NCBI GenBank assembly: GCA_964016885.1
Contig: OZ024758.1
Coordinates: forward strand, 35,960,001-36,024,000
DNA from: Eledone cirrhosa
Taxonomy: Eukaryota
Direction of reading: 5' to 3'
DNA: 64,000 nucleotides
A model generated the notes under the pieces. That model did not search any database, was not told the origin of the DNA, and saw nothing but the letters and a program-made list of their open reading frames with translations. Numbering within the stretch: position 1 is the first letter of the stretch; each line of letters begins with the position of its first letter. Below, in pieces: positions 1-13,400 of the stretch. Both the position numbers and the translations under genes were made by a program.

Positions 1-3000
1 CATGGTATTAGCTGTCAGAAGTAACTCCACTGTTGGTGAGAATTCATTTAAGTCATGGTACTGGCTGTCAGAAGTAACTCCAATGTTGGTGAGAATTCAT
101 TTAAGTTCATGGTATTAGCTGTCAGAAGTAACTCCACTGTTGGTGAGAATTCATTTAAGTTCATGGTATTAGCTGTCAGAAGTAACTCCACTGTTGGTGA
201 GAATTCATTTAAGTCATGGTATTAGCTGTCAGAAGTAACTCCAATGTTGGTGAGAATTCATTTAAGTTCATAGTATTAGCTGTCAGAAGTCACTCCACTG
301 TTGGTGAGAATTCATTTAAGTCCATGGTACTAGCTGTCAGAAGTAACCCCAATGTTGGTGAGAATTCATTTAAGTTCATGGTACTAGCTGTCAGAAGTCA
401 CTCCAATGTTGGTGAGAATTCATTTAAGTTCATGGTATTAACTGTCAGAAGTAACTCCACTGTTGGTGAGAATTCATTTAAGTTCATGGTATTAGCTGTC
501 AGAAGTCACTCCAATGTTGGTGAGAATTCATTTAAGTTCATGGTATTAGCTGTCAGAAGTCACTCCACTGTTGGTGAGAATTCATTTAAGTTCATGGTAC
601 TAGCTGTCAGAAGTAACCCCAATGTTGGTGAGAATTCATTTAAGTTCATGGTATTAGCTGTCAGAAGTCACTCCAATGTTGGTGAGAATTCATTTAAGTT
701 CATGGTATTAACTGTCAGAAGTAACTCCACTGTTGGTGAGAATTCATTTAAGTTCATGGTATTAGCTGTCAGAAGTAACTCCACTGTTGGTGAGAATTCA
801 TTTAAGTTCATGGTATTAGCTGTCAGAAGTAACTCCACTGTTGGTGAGAATTCATTTAAGTCATGGTATTAGCTGTCAGAAGTAACTCCAATGTTGGTGA
901 GAATTCATTTAAGTTCATGGTATTAGTTGTCAGAAGTCACTCCACTGTTGGTGAGAATTCATTTAAGTTCATGGTACTAGCTGTCAGAAGTAACCCCAAT
1001 GTTGGTGAGAATTCATTTAAGTTCATGGTATTAGCTGTCAGAAGTCACTCCAATGTTGGTGAGAATTCATTTAAGTTCATGGTATTAGCTGTCAGAAGTA
1101 ACTCCACTGTTGGTGAGAATTCATTTAAGTTCATGGTATTAGCTGTCAGAAGTAACTCCACTGTTGGTGAGAATTCATTTAAGTTCATGGTATTAGCTGT
1201 CAGAAGTAACTCCACTGTTGGTGAGAATTCATTTAAGTTCATGGTATTAGCTGTCAGAAGTCACTCCAATGTTGGTGAGAATTCATTTAAGTCATGGTAC
1301 TAGCTGTCAGAAGTAACTCCACTGTTGGTGAGAATTCATTTAAGTTCATTGTATTAGCTGTCAGAAGGAACGCCACTGTTGGTGAGAATTCATTTAAGTT
1401 CATGGTATTAGCTGTCAGAAGTAACTCCACTGTTGGTGAGAATTCATTTAAGTTCATGGTATTAGCTGACAGAAGTCACTCCACTGTTGGTGAGAATTCA
1501 TTTAAGTTCATGGTATTAGCTGTCAGAAGTAACTCCACTGTTGGTGAGAATTCATTTAAGTCCATGGTACTAGCTGTCAGAAGTAACTCCAATGTTGGTG
1601 AGAATTCATTTAAGTTCATGGTATTAGCTGTCAGAAGTAACTCCACTGTTGGTGAGAATTCATTTAAGTCATGGTATTAGCTGTCAGAAATAACTCCACT
1701 GTTGGTGAGAATTCATTTAAGTTCATGGTATTAGCTGTCAGAAGTAACTCCACTGTTGGTGAGAATTCATTTAAGTCATGGTATTAGCTGTCAGAAGTAA
1801 CTCCACTGTTGGTGAGAATTCATTTAAGTTCATGGTATTAGCTGTCAGAAGTAACTCCACTGTTGGTGAGAATTCATTTAAGTTCATGGTATTAGCTGTC
1901 AGAAGTAACTCCACTGTTGGTGAGAATTCATTTAAGTTCATGGTATTAGTTTGTCAGAAGTAACTCCACTGTTGGTGAGAATTCATTTAAGTCATGGTAT
2001 TAGTTGTCAGAAGTAACTCCAATGTTGGTGAGAATTCATTTAAGTTCATGGTACTAGCTGTCAGAAGTAACTCCACTGTTGGTGAGAATTCATTTAAGTT
2101 CATGGTATTAGCTGTCAGAAGTAACTCCACTGTTGGTGAGAATTCATTTAAGTCATGGTACTGGCTGTCAGAAGTAACTCCAATGTTGGTGAGAATTCAT
2201 TTAAGTTCATGGTATTAGCTGTCAGAAGTAACTCCACTGTTGGTGAGAATTCATTTAAGTTCATGGTATTAGCTGTCAGAAGTAACTCCACTGTTGGTGA
2301 GAATTCATTTAAGTCATGGTATTAGCTGTCAGAAGTAACTCCAATGTTGGTGAGAATTCATTTAAGTTCATGGTATTAGCTGTCAGAAGTCACTCCACTG
2401 TTGGTGAGAATTCATTTAAGTTCATGGTACTAGCTGTCAGAAGTAACCCCAATGTTGGTGAGAATTCATTTAAGTTCATGGTACTAGCTGTCAGAAGTCA
2501 CTCCAATGTTGGTGAGAATTCATTTAAGTTCATGGTATTAACTGTCAGAAGTAACTCCACTGTTGGTGAGAATTCATTTAAGTTCATGGTATTAGCTGTC
2601 AGAAGTCACTCCAATGTTGGTGAGAATTCATTTAAGTTCATGGTATTAGCTGTCAGAAGTCACTCCACTGTTGGTGAGAATTCATTTAAGTCCATGGTAC
2701 TAGCTGTCAGAAGTAACTCCAATGTTGGTGAGAATTCATTTAAGTTCATGGTATTAGCTGTCAGAAGTAACTCCACTGTTGGTGAGAATTCATTTAAGTC
2801 ATGGTATTAGCTGTCAGAAATAACTCCACTGTTGGTGAGAATTCATTTAAGTTCATGGTATTAGCTGTCAGAAGTAACTCCACTGTTGGTGAGAATTCAT
2901 TTAAGTCATGGTATTAGCTGTCAGAAGTAACTCCACTGTTGGTGAGAATTCATTTAAGTTCATGGTATTAGCTGTCAGAAGTAACTCCACTGTTGGTGAG

Positions 3001-5440
3001 AATTCATTTAAGTTCATGGTATTAGCTGTCAGAAGTAACTCCACTGTTGGTGAGAATTCATTTAAGTTCATGGTATTAGTTTGTCAGAAGTAACTCCACT
3101 GTTGGTGAGAATTCATTTAAGTCATGGTATTAGTTGTCAGAAGTAACTCCAATGTTGGTGAGAATTCATTTAAGTTCATGGTACTAGCTGTCAGAAGTAA
3201 CTCCACTGTTGGTGAGAATTCATTTAAGTTCATGGTATTAGCTGTCAGAAGTAACTCCACTGTTGGTGAGAATTCATTTAAGTCATGGTACTGGCTGTCA
3301 GAAGTAACTCCAATGTTGGTGAGAATTCATTTAAGTTCATGGTATTAGCTGTCAGAAGTAACTCCACTGTTGGTGAGAATTCATTTAAGTTCATGGTATT
3401 AGCTGTCAGAAGTAACTCCACTGTTGGTGAGAATTCATTTAAGTCATGGTATTAGCTGTCAGAAGTAACTCCAATGTTGGTGAGAATTCATTTAAGTTCA
3501 TGGTATTAGCTGTCAGAAGTCACTCCACTGTTGGTGAGAATTCATTTAAGTTCATGGTACTAGCTGTCAGAAGTAACCCCAATGTTGGTGAGAATTCATT
3601 TAAGTTCATGGTACTAGCTGTCAGAAGTCACTCCAATGTTGGTGAGAATTCATTTAAGTTCATGGTATTAACTGTCAGAAGTAACTCCACTGTTGGTGAG
3701 AATTCATTTAAGTTCATGGTATTAGCTGTCAGAAGTCACTCCAATGTTGGTGAGAATTCATTTAAGTTCATGGTATTAGCTGTCAGAAGTCACTCCACTG
3801 TTGGTGAGAATTCATTTAAGTTCATGGTACTAGCTGTCAGAAGTAACCCCAATGTTGGTGAGAATTCATTTAAGTTCATGGTATTAGCTGTCAGAAGTCA
3901 CTCCAATGTTGGTGAGAATTCATTTAAGTTCATGGTATTAACTGTCAGAAGTAACTCCACTGTTGGTGAGAATTCATTTAAGTTCATGGTATTAGCTGTC
4001 AGAAGTAACTCCACTGTTGGTGAGAATTCATTTAAGTTCATGGTATTAGCTGTCAGAAGTAACTCCACTGTTGGTGAGAATTCATTTAAGTCATGGTATT
4101 AGCTGTCAGAAGTAACTCCAATGTTGGTGAGAATTCATTTAAGTTCATGGTATTAGTTGTCAGAAGTCACTCCACTGTTGGTGAGAATTCATTTAAGTTC
4201 ATGGTACTAGCTGTCAGAAGTAACCCCAATGTTGGTGAGAATTCATTTAAGTTCATGGTATTAGCTGTCAGAAGTCACTCCAATGTTGGTGAGAATTCAT
4301 TTAAGTTCATGGTATTAGCTGTCAGAAGTAACTCCACTGTTGGTGAGAATTCATTTAAGTTCATGGTATTAGCTGTCAGAAGTAACTCCACTGTTGGTGA
4401 GAATTCATTTAAGTTCATGGTATTAGCTGTCAGAAGTAACTCCACTGTTGGTGAGAATTCATTTAAGTTCATGGTATTAGCTGTCAGAAGTCACTCCAAT
4501 GTTGGTGAGAATTCATTTAAGTCATGGTACTAGCTGTCAGAAGTAACTCCACTGTTGGTGAGAATTCATTTAAGTTCATTGTATTAGCTGTCAGAAGGAA
4601 CGCCACTGTTGGTGAGAATTCATTTAAGTTCATGGTATTAGCTGTCAGAAGTAACTCCACTGTTGGTGAGAATTCATTTAAGTTCATGGTATTAGCTGAC
4701 AGAAGTCACTCCACTGTTGGTGAGAATTCATTTAAGTTCATGGTATTAGCTGTCAGAAGTAACTCCACTGTTGGTGAGAATTCATTTAAGTCCATGGTAC
4801 TAGCTGTCAGAAGTAACTCCAATGTTGGTGAGAATTCATTTAAGTTCATGGTATTAGCTGTCAGAAGTAACTCCACTGTTGGTGAGAATTCATTTAAGTC
4901 ATGGTATTAGCTGTCAGAAATAACTCCACTGTTGGTGAGAATTCATTTAAGTTCATGGTATTAGCTGTCAGAAGTAACTCCACTGTTGGTGAGAATTCAT
5001 TTAAGTCATGGTATTAGCTGTCAGAAGTAACTCCACTGTTGGTGAGAATTCATTTAAGTTCATGGTATTAGCTGTCAGAAGTAACTCCACTGTTGGTGAG
5101 AATTCATTTAAGTTCATGGTATTAGCTGTCAGAAGTAACTCCACTGTTGGTGAGAATTCATTTAAGTTCATGGTATTAGTTTGTCAGAAGTAACTCCACT
5201 GTTGGTGAGAATTCATTTAAGTCATGGTATTAGTTGTCAGAAGTAACTCCAATGTTGGTGAGAATTCATTTAAGTTCATGGTACTAGCTGTCAGAAGTAA
5301 CTCCACTGTTGGTGAGAATTCATTTAAGTTCATGGTATTAGCTGTCGGAAGTAACTCCACTGTTGGTGAGAATTCATTTAAGTCATGGTACTGGCTGTCA
5401 GAAGTAACTCCAATGTTGGTGAGAATTCATTTAAGTTCAT
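1..5440. repeat. Left HOR: 2,100-bp (39-monomer) unit with an internal 1,130-bp (21-monomer) tandem duplication (overall offset 3,230 bp)
   Basis: The rare variant GTACTGGCT recurs at ~62, ~2162, ~3292 and ~5392 (spacings 2100, 1130, 2100). ORF starts 216/863/1294/1778/1994 recur at 3446/4093/4524/5008/5224 (+3230), and 1778/1994/2316 recur at 2908/3124/3446 (+1130). Confidence 0.88.
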
Positions 5441-7160
5441 GGTATTAGCTGTCAGAAGTAACTCCACTGTTGGTGAGAATTCATTTAAGTTCATGGTATT
5501 AGCTGACAGAAGTCACTCCACTGTTGGTGAGAATTCATTTAAGTTCATGGTACTAGCTGTCAGAAGTAACTCCAATGTTGGTGAGAATTCATTTAAATTC
5601 ATGGTATTAGCTGTCAGAAGTAACTCCACTGTTGGTGAGAATTCATTTAAGTTCATGGTATTAGCTGTCAGAAGTAACTCCACTGTTGGTGAGAATTCAT
5701 TTAAGTCATGGTATTAGCTGTCAGAAGTAACTCCACTGTTGGTGAGAATTCATTTAAGTTCATGGTATTAGCTGTCAGAAGTAACTCCACTGTTGGTGAG
5801 AATTCATTTAAGTTCATGGTATTAGTTTGTCAGAAGTAACTCCACTGTTGGTGAGAATTCATTTAAGTCATGGTATTAGTTGTCAGAAGTAACTCCAATG
5901 TTGGTGAGAATTCATTTAAGTTCATGGTACTAGCTGTCAGAAGTAACTCCACTGTTGGTGAGAATTCATTTAAGTCCATGGTACTAGCTGTCAGAAGTAA
6001 CTCCAATGTTGGTGAGAATTCATTTAAGTTCATGGTATTAGCTGTCAGAAGTAACTCCACTGTTGGTGAGAATTCATTTAAGTCATGGTATTAGCTGTCA
6101 GAAATAACTCCACTGTTGGTGAGAATTCATTTAAGTTCATGGTATTAGCTGTCAGAAGTAACTCCACTGTTGGTGAGAATTCATTTAAGTCATGGTATTA
6201 GCTGTCAGAAGTAACTCCACTGTTGGTGAGAATTCATTTAAGTTCATGGTATTAGCTGTCAGAAGTAACTCCACTGTTGGTGAGAATTCATTTAAGTTCA
6301 TGGTATTAGCTGTCAGAAGTAACTCCACTGTTGGTGAGAATTCATTTAAGTTCATGGTATTAGTTTGTCAGAAGTAACTCCACTGTTGGTGAGAATTCAT
6401 TTAAGTCATGGTATTAGTTGTCAGAAGTAACTCCAATGTTGGTGAGAATTCATTTAAGTTCATGGTACTAGCTGTCAGAAGTAACTCCACTGTTGGTGAG
6501 AATTCATTTAAGTTCATGGTATTAGCTGTCAGAAGTAACTCCACTGTTGGTGAGAATTCATTTAAGTCATGGTACTGGCTGTCAGAAGTAACTCCAATGT
6601 TGGTGAGAATTCATTTAAGTTCATGGTATTAGCTGTCAGAAGTAACTCCACTGTTGGTGAGAATTCATTTAAGTTCATGGTATTAGCTGACAGAAGTCAC
6701 TCCACTGTTGGTGAGAATTCATTTAAGTTCATGGTACTAGCTGTCAGAAGTAACTCCAATGTTGGTGAGAATTCATTTAAATTCATGGTATTAGCTGTCA
6801 GAAGTAACTCCACTGTTGGTGAGAATTCATTTAAGTTCATGGTATTAGCTGTCAGAAGTAACTCCACTGTTGGTGAGAATTCATTTAAGTCATGGTATTA
6901 GCTGTCAGAAGTAACTCCACTGTTGGTGAGAATTCATTTAAGTTCATGGTATTAGCTGTCAGAAGTAACTCCACTGTTGGTGAGAATTCATTTAAGTTCA
7001 TGGTATTAGTTTGTCAGAAGTAACTCCACTGTTGGTGAGAATTCATTTAAGTCATTGTATTAGTTGTCAGAAGTAACTCCAATGTTGGTGAGAATTCATT
7101 TAAGTTCATGGTACTAGCTGTCAGAAGTAACTCCACTGTTGGTGAGAATTCATTTAAGTT
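4790..7160. repeat. 1,184-bp (22-monomer) tandem duplication
   Basis: ORF starts 5008/5224/5385 recur at 6192/6408/6569 (+1184). The shared variants AGTCCATG, AGAAATAAC, GCTGAC and TTTAAATTC appear in the same order in both copies. Boundaries are approximate. Confidence 0.82.
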
Positions 7161-7429
7161 CATGGTAATAGCTGTCAGAAGTAACTCCACTGTTGGTGAG
7201 AATTCATTTAAGTCATGGTATTAGCTGTCAGAAGTAACTCCAATGTTGGTGAGAATTCATTTAAGTCATGGTACTAGCTGTCAGAAGTAACTCCAATGTT
7301 GGTGAGAATTCATTTAAGTTCATGGTATTAGCTGTCAGAAGTAACTCCACTGTTGGTGAGAATTCATTTAAGTTCATGGTATTAGCTGTCAGAAGTAACT
7401 CCACTGTTGGTGAGAATTCATTTAAGTTC

Positions 7430-10400
7430 ATGGTATTAGCTGTCAGAAGTCACTCCACTGTTGGTGAGAATTCATTTAAGTTCATGGTACTAGCTGTCAG
7501 AAGTAACCCCAATGTTGGTGAGAATTCATTTAAGTTCATGGTATTAGCTGTCAGAAGTCACTCCAATGTTGGTGAGAATTCATTTAAGTTCATGGTATTA
7601 GCTGTCAGAAGTAACTCCACTGTTGGTAAGAATTCATTTAAGTTCATGGTATTAGCTGTCAGAAGTAACTCCACTGTTGGTGAGAATTCATTTAAGTTCA
7701 TGGTATTAGCTGTCAGAAGGAACGCCACTGTTGGTGAGAATTCATTTAAGTTCATGGTATTAGCTGTCAGAAGTAACTCCACTGTTGGTGAGAATTCATT
7801 TAAGTTCATGCTACTAGCTGTCAGAAGTAACTCCTATGTTGGTGAGAATTCATTTAAGTTCATGGTATTAGCTGTCAGAAGGAACTCCACTGTTGCTGAG
7901 AATTCATTTAAGTTCATGGTATTAGCTGTCAGAAGTAACTCCACTGTTGGTGAGAATTCATTTAAGTTCATGGTGCTAGCTGTCAGAAGTAACTCCACTG
8001 TTGGTGCGAATTCATTTAAGTTCATGGTATTAGCTGTCAGAAGTAACTCCACTGTTGGTGAGAATTCATTTAAGTTCATGGTATTAGCTGACAGAAGTCA
8101 CTCCACTGTTGGTGAGAATTCATTTAAGTTCATGGTACTAGCTGTCAGAAGTAACTCCAATGTTGGTGAGAATTCATTTAAATTCATGGTATTAGCTGTC
8201 AGAAGTAACTCCACTGTTGGTGAGAATTCATTTAAGTTCATGGTATTAGCTGTCAGAAGTAACTCCACTGTTGGTGAGAATTCATTTAAGTTCATGGTAT
8301 TAGCTGTCAGAAGTAACTCCACTGTTGGTGAGAATTCATTTAAGTTCATGGTACTAGCTGTCAGAAGTAACTCCAATGTTGGTGATAATTCATTTAAGTT
8401 CATGGTATTAGCTGTCAGAAGTAACTCCACTGTTGGTGAGTATTCATTTAAGTCATGGTATTAGCTGTCAGAAGTAACTCCACTGTTGGTGAGAATTCAT
8501 TTAAGTTCATGGTATTAGCTGTCAGAAGTAACTCCACTGTTGGTGAGAATTCATTTAAGTCATGGTATTAGCTGTCAGAAGTAACTCCACTGTTGGTGAG
8601 AATTCATTTAAGTTCATGGTATTAGCTGTCAGAAGTAACTCCACTGTTGGTGAGAATTCATTTAAGTTCATGGTATTAGCTGTCAGAAGTAACTCCACTG
8701 TTGGTGAGAATTCATTTAAGTTCATGGTATTAGTTTGTCAGAGGTAAATCCACTGTTGGTGAGAATTCATTTAAGTCATGGTATTAGTTGTCAGAAGTAA
8801 CTCCAATGTTGGTGAGAATTCATTTAAGTTCATGGTACTAGCTGTCAGAAGTAACTCCACTGTTGGTGAGAATTCATTTAAGTTCATGGTATTAGCTGTC
8901 AGAAGTAACTCCACTGTTGGTGAGAATTCATTTAAGTCATGGTACTGGCTGTCAGAAGTAACTCCAATGTTGGTGAGAATTCATTTAAGTTCATGGTATT
9001 AGCTGTCAGAAGTAACTCCACTGTTGGTGAGAATTCATTTAAGTTCATGGTATTAGCTGTCAGAAGTAACTCCACTGTTGGTGAGAATTCATTTAAGTCA
9101 TGGTATTAGCTGTCAGAAGTAACTCCAATGTTGGTGAGAATTCATTTAAGTTCATGGTATTAGCTGTCAGAAGTCACTCCACTGTTGGTGAGAATTCATT
9201 TAAGTTCATGGTACTAGCTGTCAGAAGTAACCCCAATGTTGGTGAGAATTCATTTAAGTTCATGGTACTAGCTGTCAGAAGTCACTCCAATGTTGGTGAG
9301 AATTCATTTAAGTTCATGGTATTAACTGTCAGAAGTAACTCCACTGTTGGTGAGAATTCATTTAAGTTCATGGTATTAGCTGTCAGAAGTCACTCCAATG
9401 TTGGTGAGAATTCATTTAAGTTCATGGTATTAGCTGTCAGAAGTCACTCCACTGTTGGTGAGAATTCATTTAAGTTCATGGTACTAGCTGTCAGAAGTAA
9501 CCCCAATGTTGGTGAGAATTCATTTAAGTTCATGGTATTAGCTGTCAGAAGTCACTCCAATGTTGGTGAGAATTCATTTAAGTTCATGGTATTAACTGTC
9601 AGAAGTAACTCCACTGTTGGTGAGAATTCATTTAAGTTCATGGTATTAGCTGTCAGAAGTAACTCCACTGTTGGTGAGAATTCATTTAAGTTCATGGTAT
9701 TAGCTGTCAGAAGTAACTCCACTGTTGGTGAGAATTCATTTAAGTCATGGTATTAGCTGTCAGAAGTAACTCCAATGTTGGTGAGAATTCATTTAAGTTC
9801 ATGGTATTAGTTGTCAGAAGTCACTCCACTGTTGGTGAGAATTCATTTAAGTTCATGGTACTAGCTGTCAGAAGTAACCCCAATGTTGGTGAGAATTCAT
9901 TTAAGTTCATGGTATTAGCTGTCAGAAGTCACTCCAATGTTGGTGAGAATTCATTTAAGTTCATGGTATTAGCTGTCAGAAGTAACTCCACTGTTGGTGA
10001 GAATTCATTTAAGTTCATGGTATTAGCTGTCAGAAGTAACTCCACTGTTGGTGAGAATTCATTTAAGTTCATGGTATTAGCTGTCAGAAGTAACTCCACT
10101 GTTGGTGAGAATTCATTTAAGTTCATGGTATTAGCTGTCAGAAGTCACTCCAATGTTGGTGAGAATTCATTTAAGTCATGGTACTAGCTGTCAGAAGGAA
10201 CTCCACTGTTGGTGAGAATTCATTTAAGTTCATTGTATTAGCTGTCAGAAGGAACGCCACTGTTGGTGAGAATTCATTTAAGTTCATGGTATTAGCTGTC
10301 AGAAGTAACTCCACTGTTGGTGAGAATTCATTTAAGTTCATGGTACTAGCTGTCAGAAGTAACTCCAATGTTGGTGAGAATCCATTTAAGTTCATGGTAT

Positions 10401-13400
10401 TAGCTGTCAGAAGGAACTCCACTGTTGCTGAGAATTCATTTAAGTTCATGGTATTAGCTGTCAGAAGTAACTCCACTGTTGGTGAGAATTCATTTAAGTT
10501 CATGGTACTAGCTGTCAGAAGTCACTCCACTGTTGGTGAGAATACATTTAAGTTCATGGTACTAGCTGTCAGAAGTAACCCCAATGTTGGTTAGAATTCA
10601 TTTAAGTTCATGGTACTAGCTGTCAGAAGTAACTCCACTGTTGGTGAGAATTCATTTAAGTTCATGGTATTAGCTGTCAGAAGTCACTCCAATGTTGGTG
10701 AGAATTCATTTAAGTTCATGGTATTAGCTGTCAGAAGTCACTCCACTGTTGGTGAGAATTCATTTAAGTTCATGGTACTAGCTGTCAGAAGTAACCCCAA
10801 TGTTGGTGAGAATTCATTTAAGTTCATGGTATTAGCTGTCAGAAGTCACTCCAATGTTGGTGAGAATTCATTTAAGTTCATGGTATTAGCTGTCAGAAGT
10901 AACTCCACTGTTGGTGAGAATTCATTTAAGTTCATGGTATTAGCTGTCAGAAGTAACTCCACTGTTGGTGAGAATTCATTTAAGTCATGGTATTAGCTGT
11001 CAGAAGTAACTCCAATGTTGGTGAGAATTCATTTAAGTTCATGGTATTAGCTGTCAGAAGTCACTCCACTGTTGGTGAGAATTCATTTAAGTTCATGGTA
11101 CTAGCTGTCAGAAGTAACCCCAATGTTGGTGAGAATTCATTTAAGTTCATGGTATTAGCTGTCAGAAGTCACTCCAATGTTGGTGAGAATTCATTTAAGT
11201 TCATGGTATTAGCTGTCAGAAGTAACTCCACTGTTGGTGAGAATTCATTTAAGTTCATGGTATTAGCTGTCAGAAGTAACTCCACTGTTGGTGAGAATTC
11301 ATTTAAGTTCATGGTATTAGCTGTCAGAAGTAACTCCACTGTTGGTGAGAATTCATTTAAGTTCATGGTATTAGCTGTCAGAAGGAACTCCAATGTTGGT
11401 GAGAATTCATTTAAGTCATGGTACTAGCTGTCAGAAGTAACTCCACTGTTGGTGAGAATTCATTTAAGTTCATGGTATTAGCTGTCAGAAGGAACTCCAC
11501 TGTTGGTGAGAATTCATTTAAGTTCATGGTATTAGCTGTCAGAAGTCACTCCAATGTTGGTGAGAATTCATTTAAGTTCATGGTATTAGCTGTCAGAAGT
11601 AACTCCACTGTTGGTGAGAATTCATTTAAGTTCATGGTATTAGCTGTCAGAAGTAACTCCACTGTTGGTGAGAATTCATTTAAGTTCATGGTATTAGCTG
11701 TCAGAAGTAACTCCACTGTTGGTGAGAATTCATTTAAGTTCATGGTATTAGCTGTCAGAAGGAACTCCAATGTTGGTGAGAATTCATTTAAGTCATGGTA
11801 CTAGCTGTCAGAAGTAACTCCACTGTTGGTGAGAATTCATTTAAGTTCATGGTATTAGCTGTCAGAAGGAACTCCACTGTTGGTGAGAATTCATTTAAGT
11901 TCATGGTATTAGCTGTCAGAAGTAACTCCACTGTTGGTGAGAATTCATTTAAGTTCATGGTATTAGCTGTCAGAAGTAACTGCACCGTTGGTGAGAATTC
12001 ATTTAAGTTCATGGTACTAGCTGTCAGAAGTAACTCCAATGTTGGTGAGAATTCATTTAAGTTCATGGTATTAGCTGTCAGAAGTAACTCCACTGTTGGT
12101 GAGAATTCATTTAAGTTCATGGTATTAGCTGTCAGAAGTAACTCCACTGTTGGTAAGAATTCATTTAAGTTCATGGCATTAGCTGTCAGAAGTAACTCCA
12201 CTGTTGGTGAGAATTCATTTAAGTTCATGGTATTAGCTGTCAGAAGGAACGCCACTGTTGGTGAGAATTCATTTAAGTTCATGGTATTAGCTGTCAGAAG
12301 TAACTCCACTGTTGGTGAGAATTCATTTAAGTTCATGGTACTAGCTGTCAGAAGTAACTCCACTGTTGGTGAGAATTCATTTAAGTTCATGGTATTAGCT
12401 GTCAGAAGTCACTCCAATGTTGGTGAGAATTCATTTAAGTTCATGGTATTAGCTGTCAGAAGTCACTCCACGGTTGGTGAGAATTCATTTAAGTTCATGG
12501 TACTAGCTGTCAGAAGTAACCCCAATGTTGGTGAGAATTCATTTAAGTTCATGGTATTAGCTGTCAGAAGTCACTCCAATGTTGGTGAGAATTCATTTAA
12601 GTTCATGGTATTAGCTGTCAGAAGTAACTCCACTGTTGGTGAGAATTCATTTAAGTTCATGGTATTAGCTGTCAGAAGTAACTCCACTGTTGGTGAGAAT
12701 TCATTTAAGTTCATGGTATTAGCTGTCAGAAGTAACTCCACTGTTGGTGAGAATTCATTTAAGTCATGGTATTAGCTGTCAGAAGTAACTCCAATGTTGG
12801 TGAGAATTCATTTAAGTTCATGGTATTAGCTGTCAGAAGTCACTCCACTGTTGGTGAGAATTCATTTAAGTTCATGGTACTAGCTGTCAGAAGTAACCCC
12901 AATGTTGGTGAGAATTCATTTAAGTTCATGGTATTAGCTGTCAGAAGTCACTCCAATGTTGGTGAGAATTCATTTAAGTTCATGGTATTAGCTGTCAGAA
13001 GTAACTCCAGTGTTGGTGAGAATTCATTTAAGTTCATGGTTTTAGCTGTCAGAAGTAACTCCACTGTTGGTGAGAATTCATTTAAGTCATGGTATTAGCT
13101 GTCAGAAGTAACTCCAATGTTGGTGAGAATTCATTTAAGTTCATGGTATTAGCTGTCAGAAGTCACTCCACTGTTGGTAAGAATTCATTTAAGTTCATGG
13201 TACTAGCTGTCAGAAGTAACCCCAATGTTGGTGAGAATTCATTTAAGTTCATGGTATTAGCTGTCAGAAGTCACTCCAATGTTGGTGAGAATTCATTTAA
13301 GTTCATGGTATTAGCTGTCAGAAGTAACTCCACTGTTGGTAAGAATTCATTTAAGTTCATGGTATTAGCTGTCAGAAGTAACTCCACTGTTGGTGAGAAT

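Noticed and set aside
863-872. Overlapping stop/start junctions (SWY* overlapping the next ATG by 10 nt) resembling translational coupling or programmed frameshifting
   Set aside because: This is an automatic result of a -1 deletion just before the monomer's ATG. No slippery heptamer or ribosome-binding site is present.
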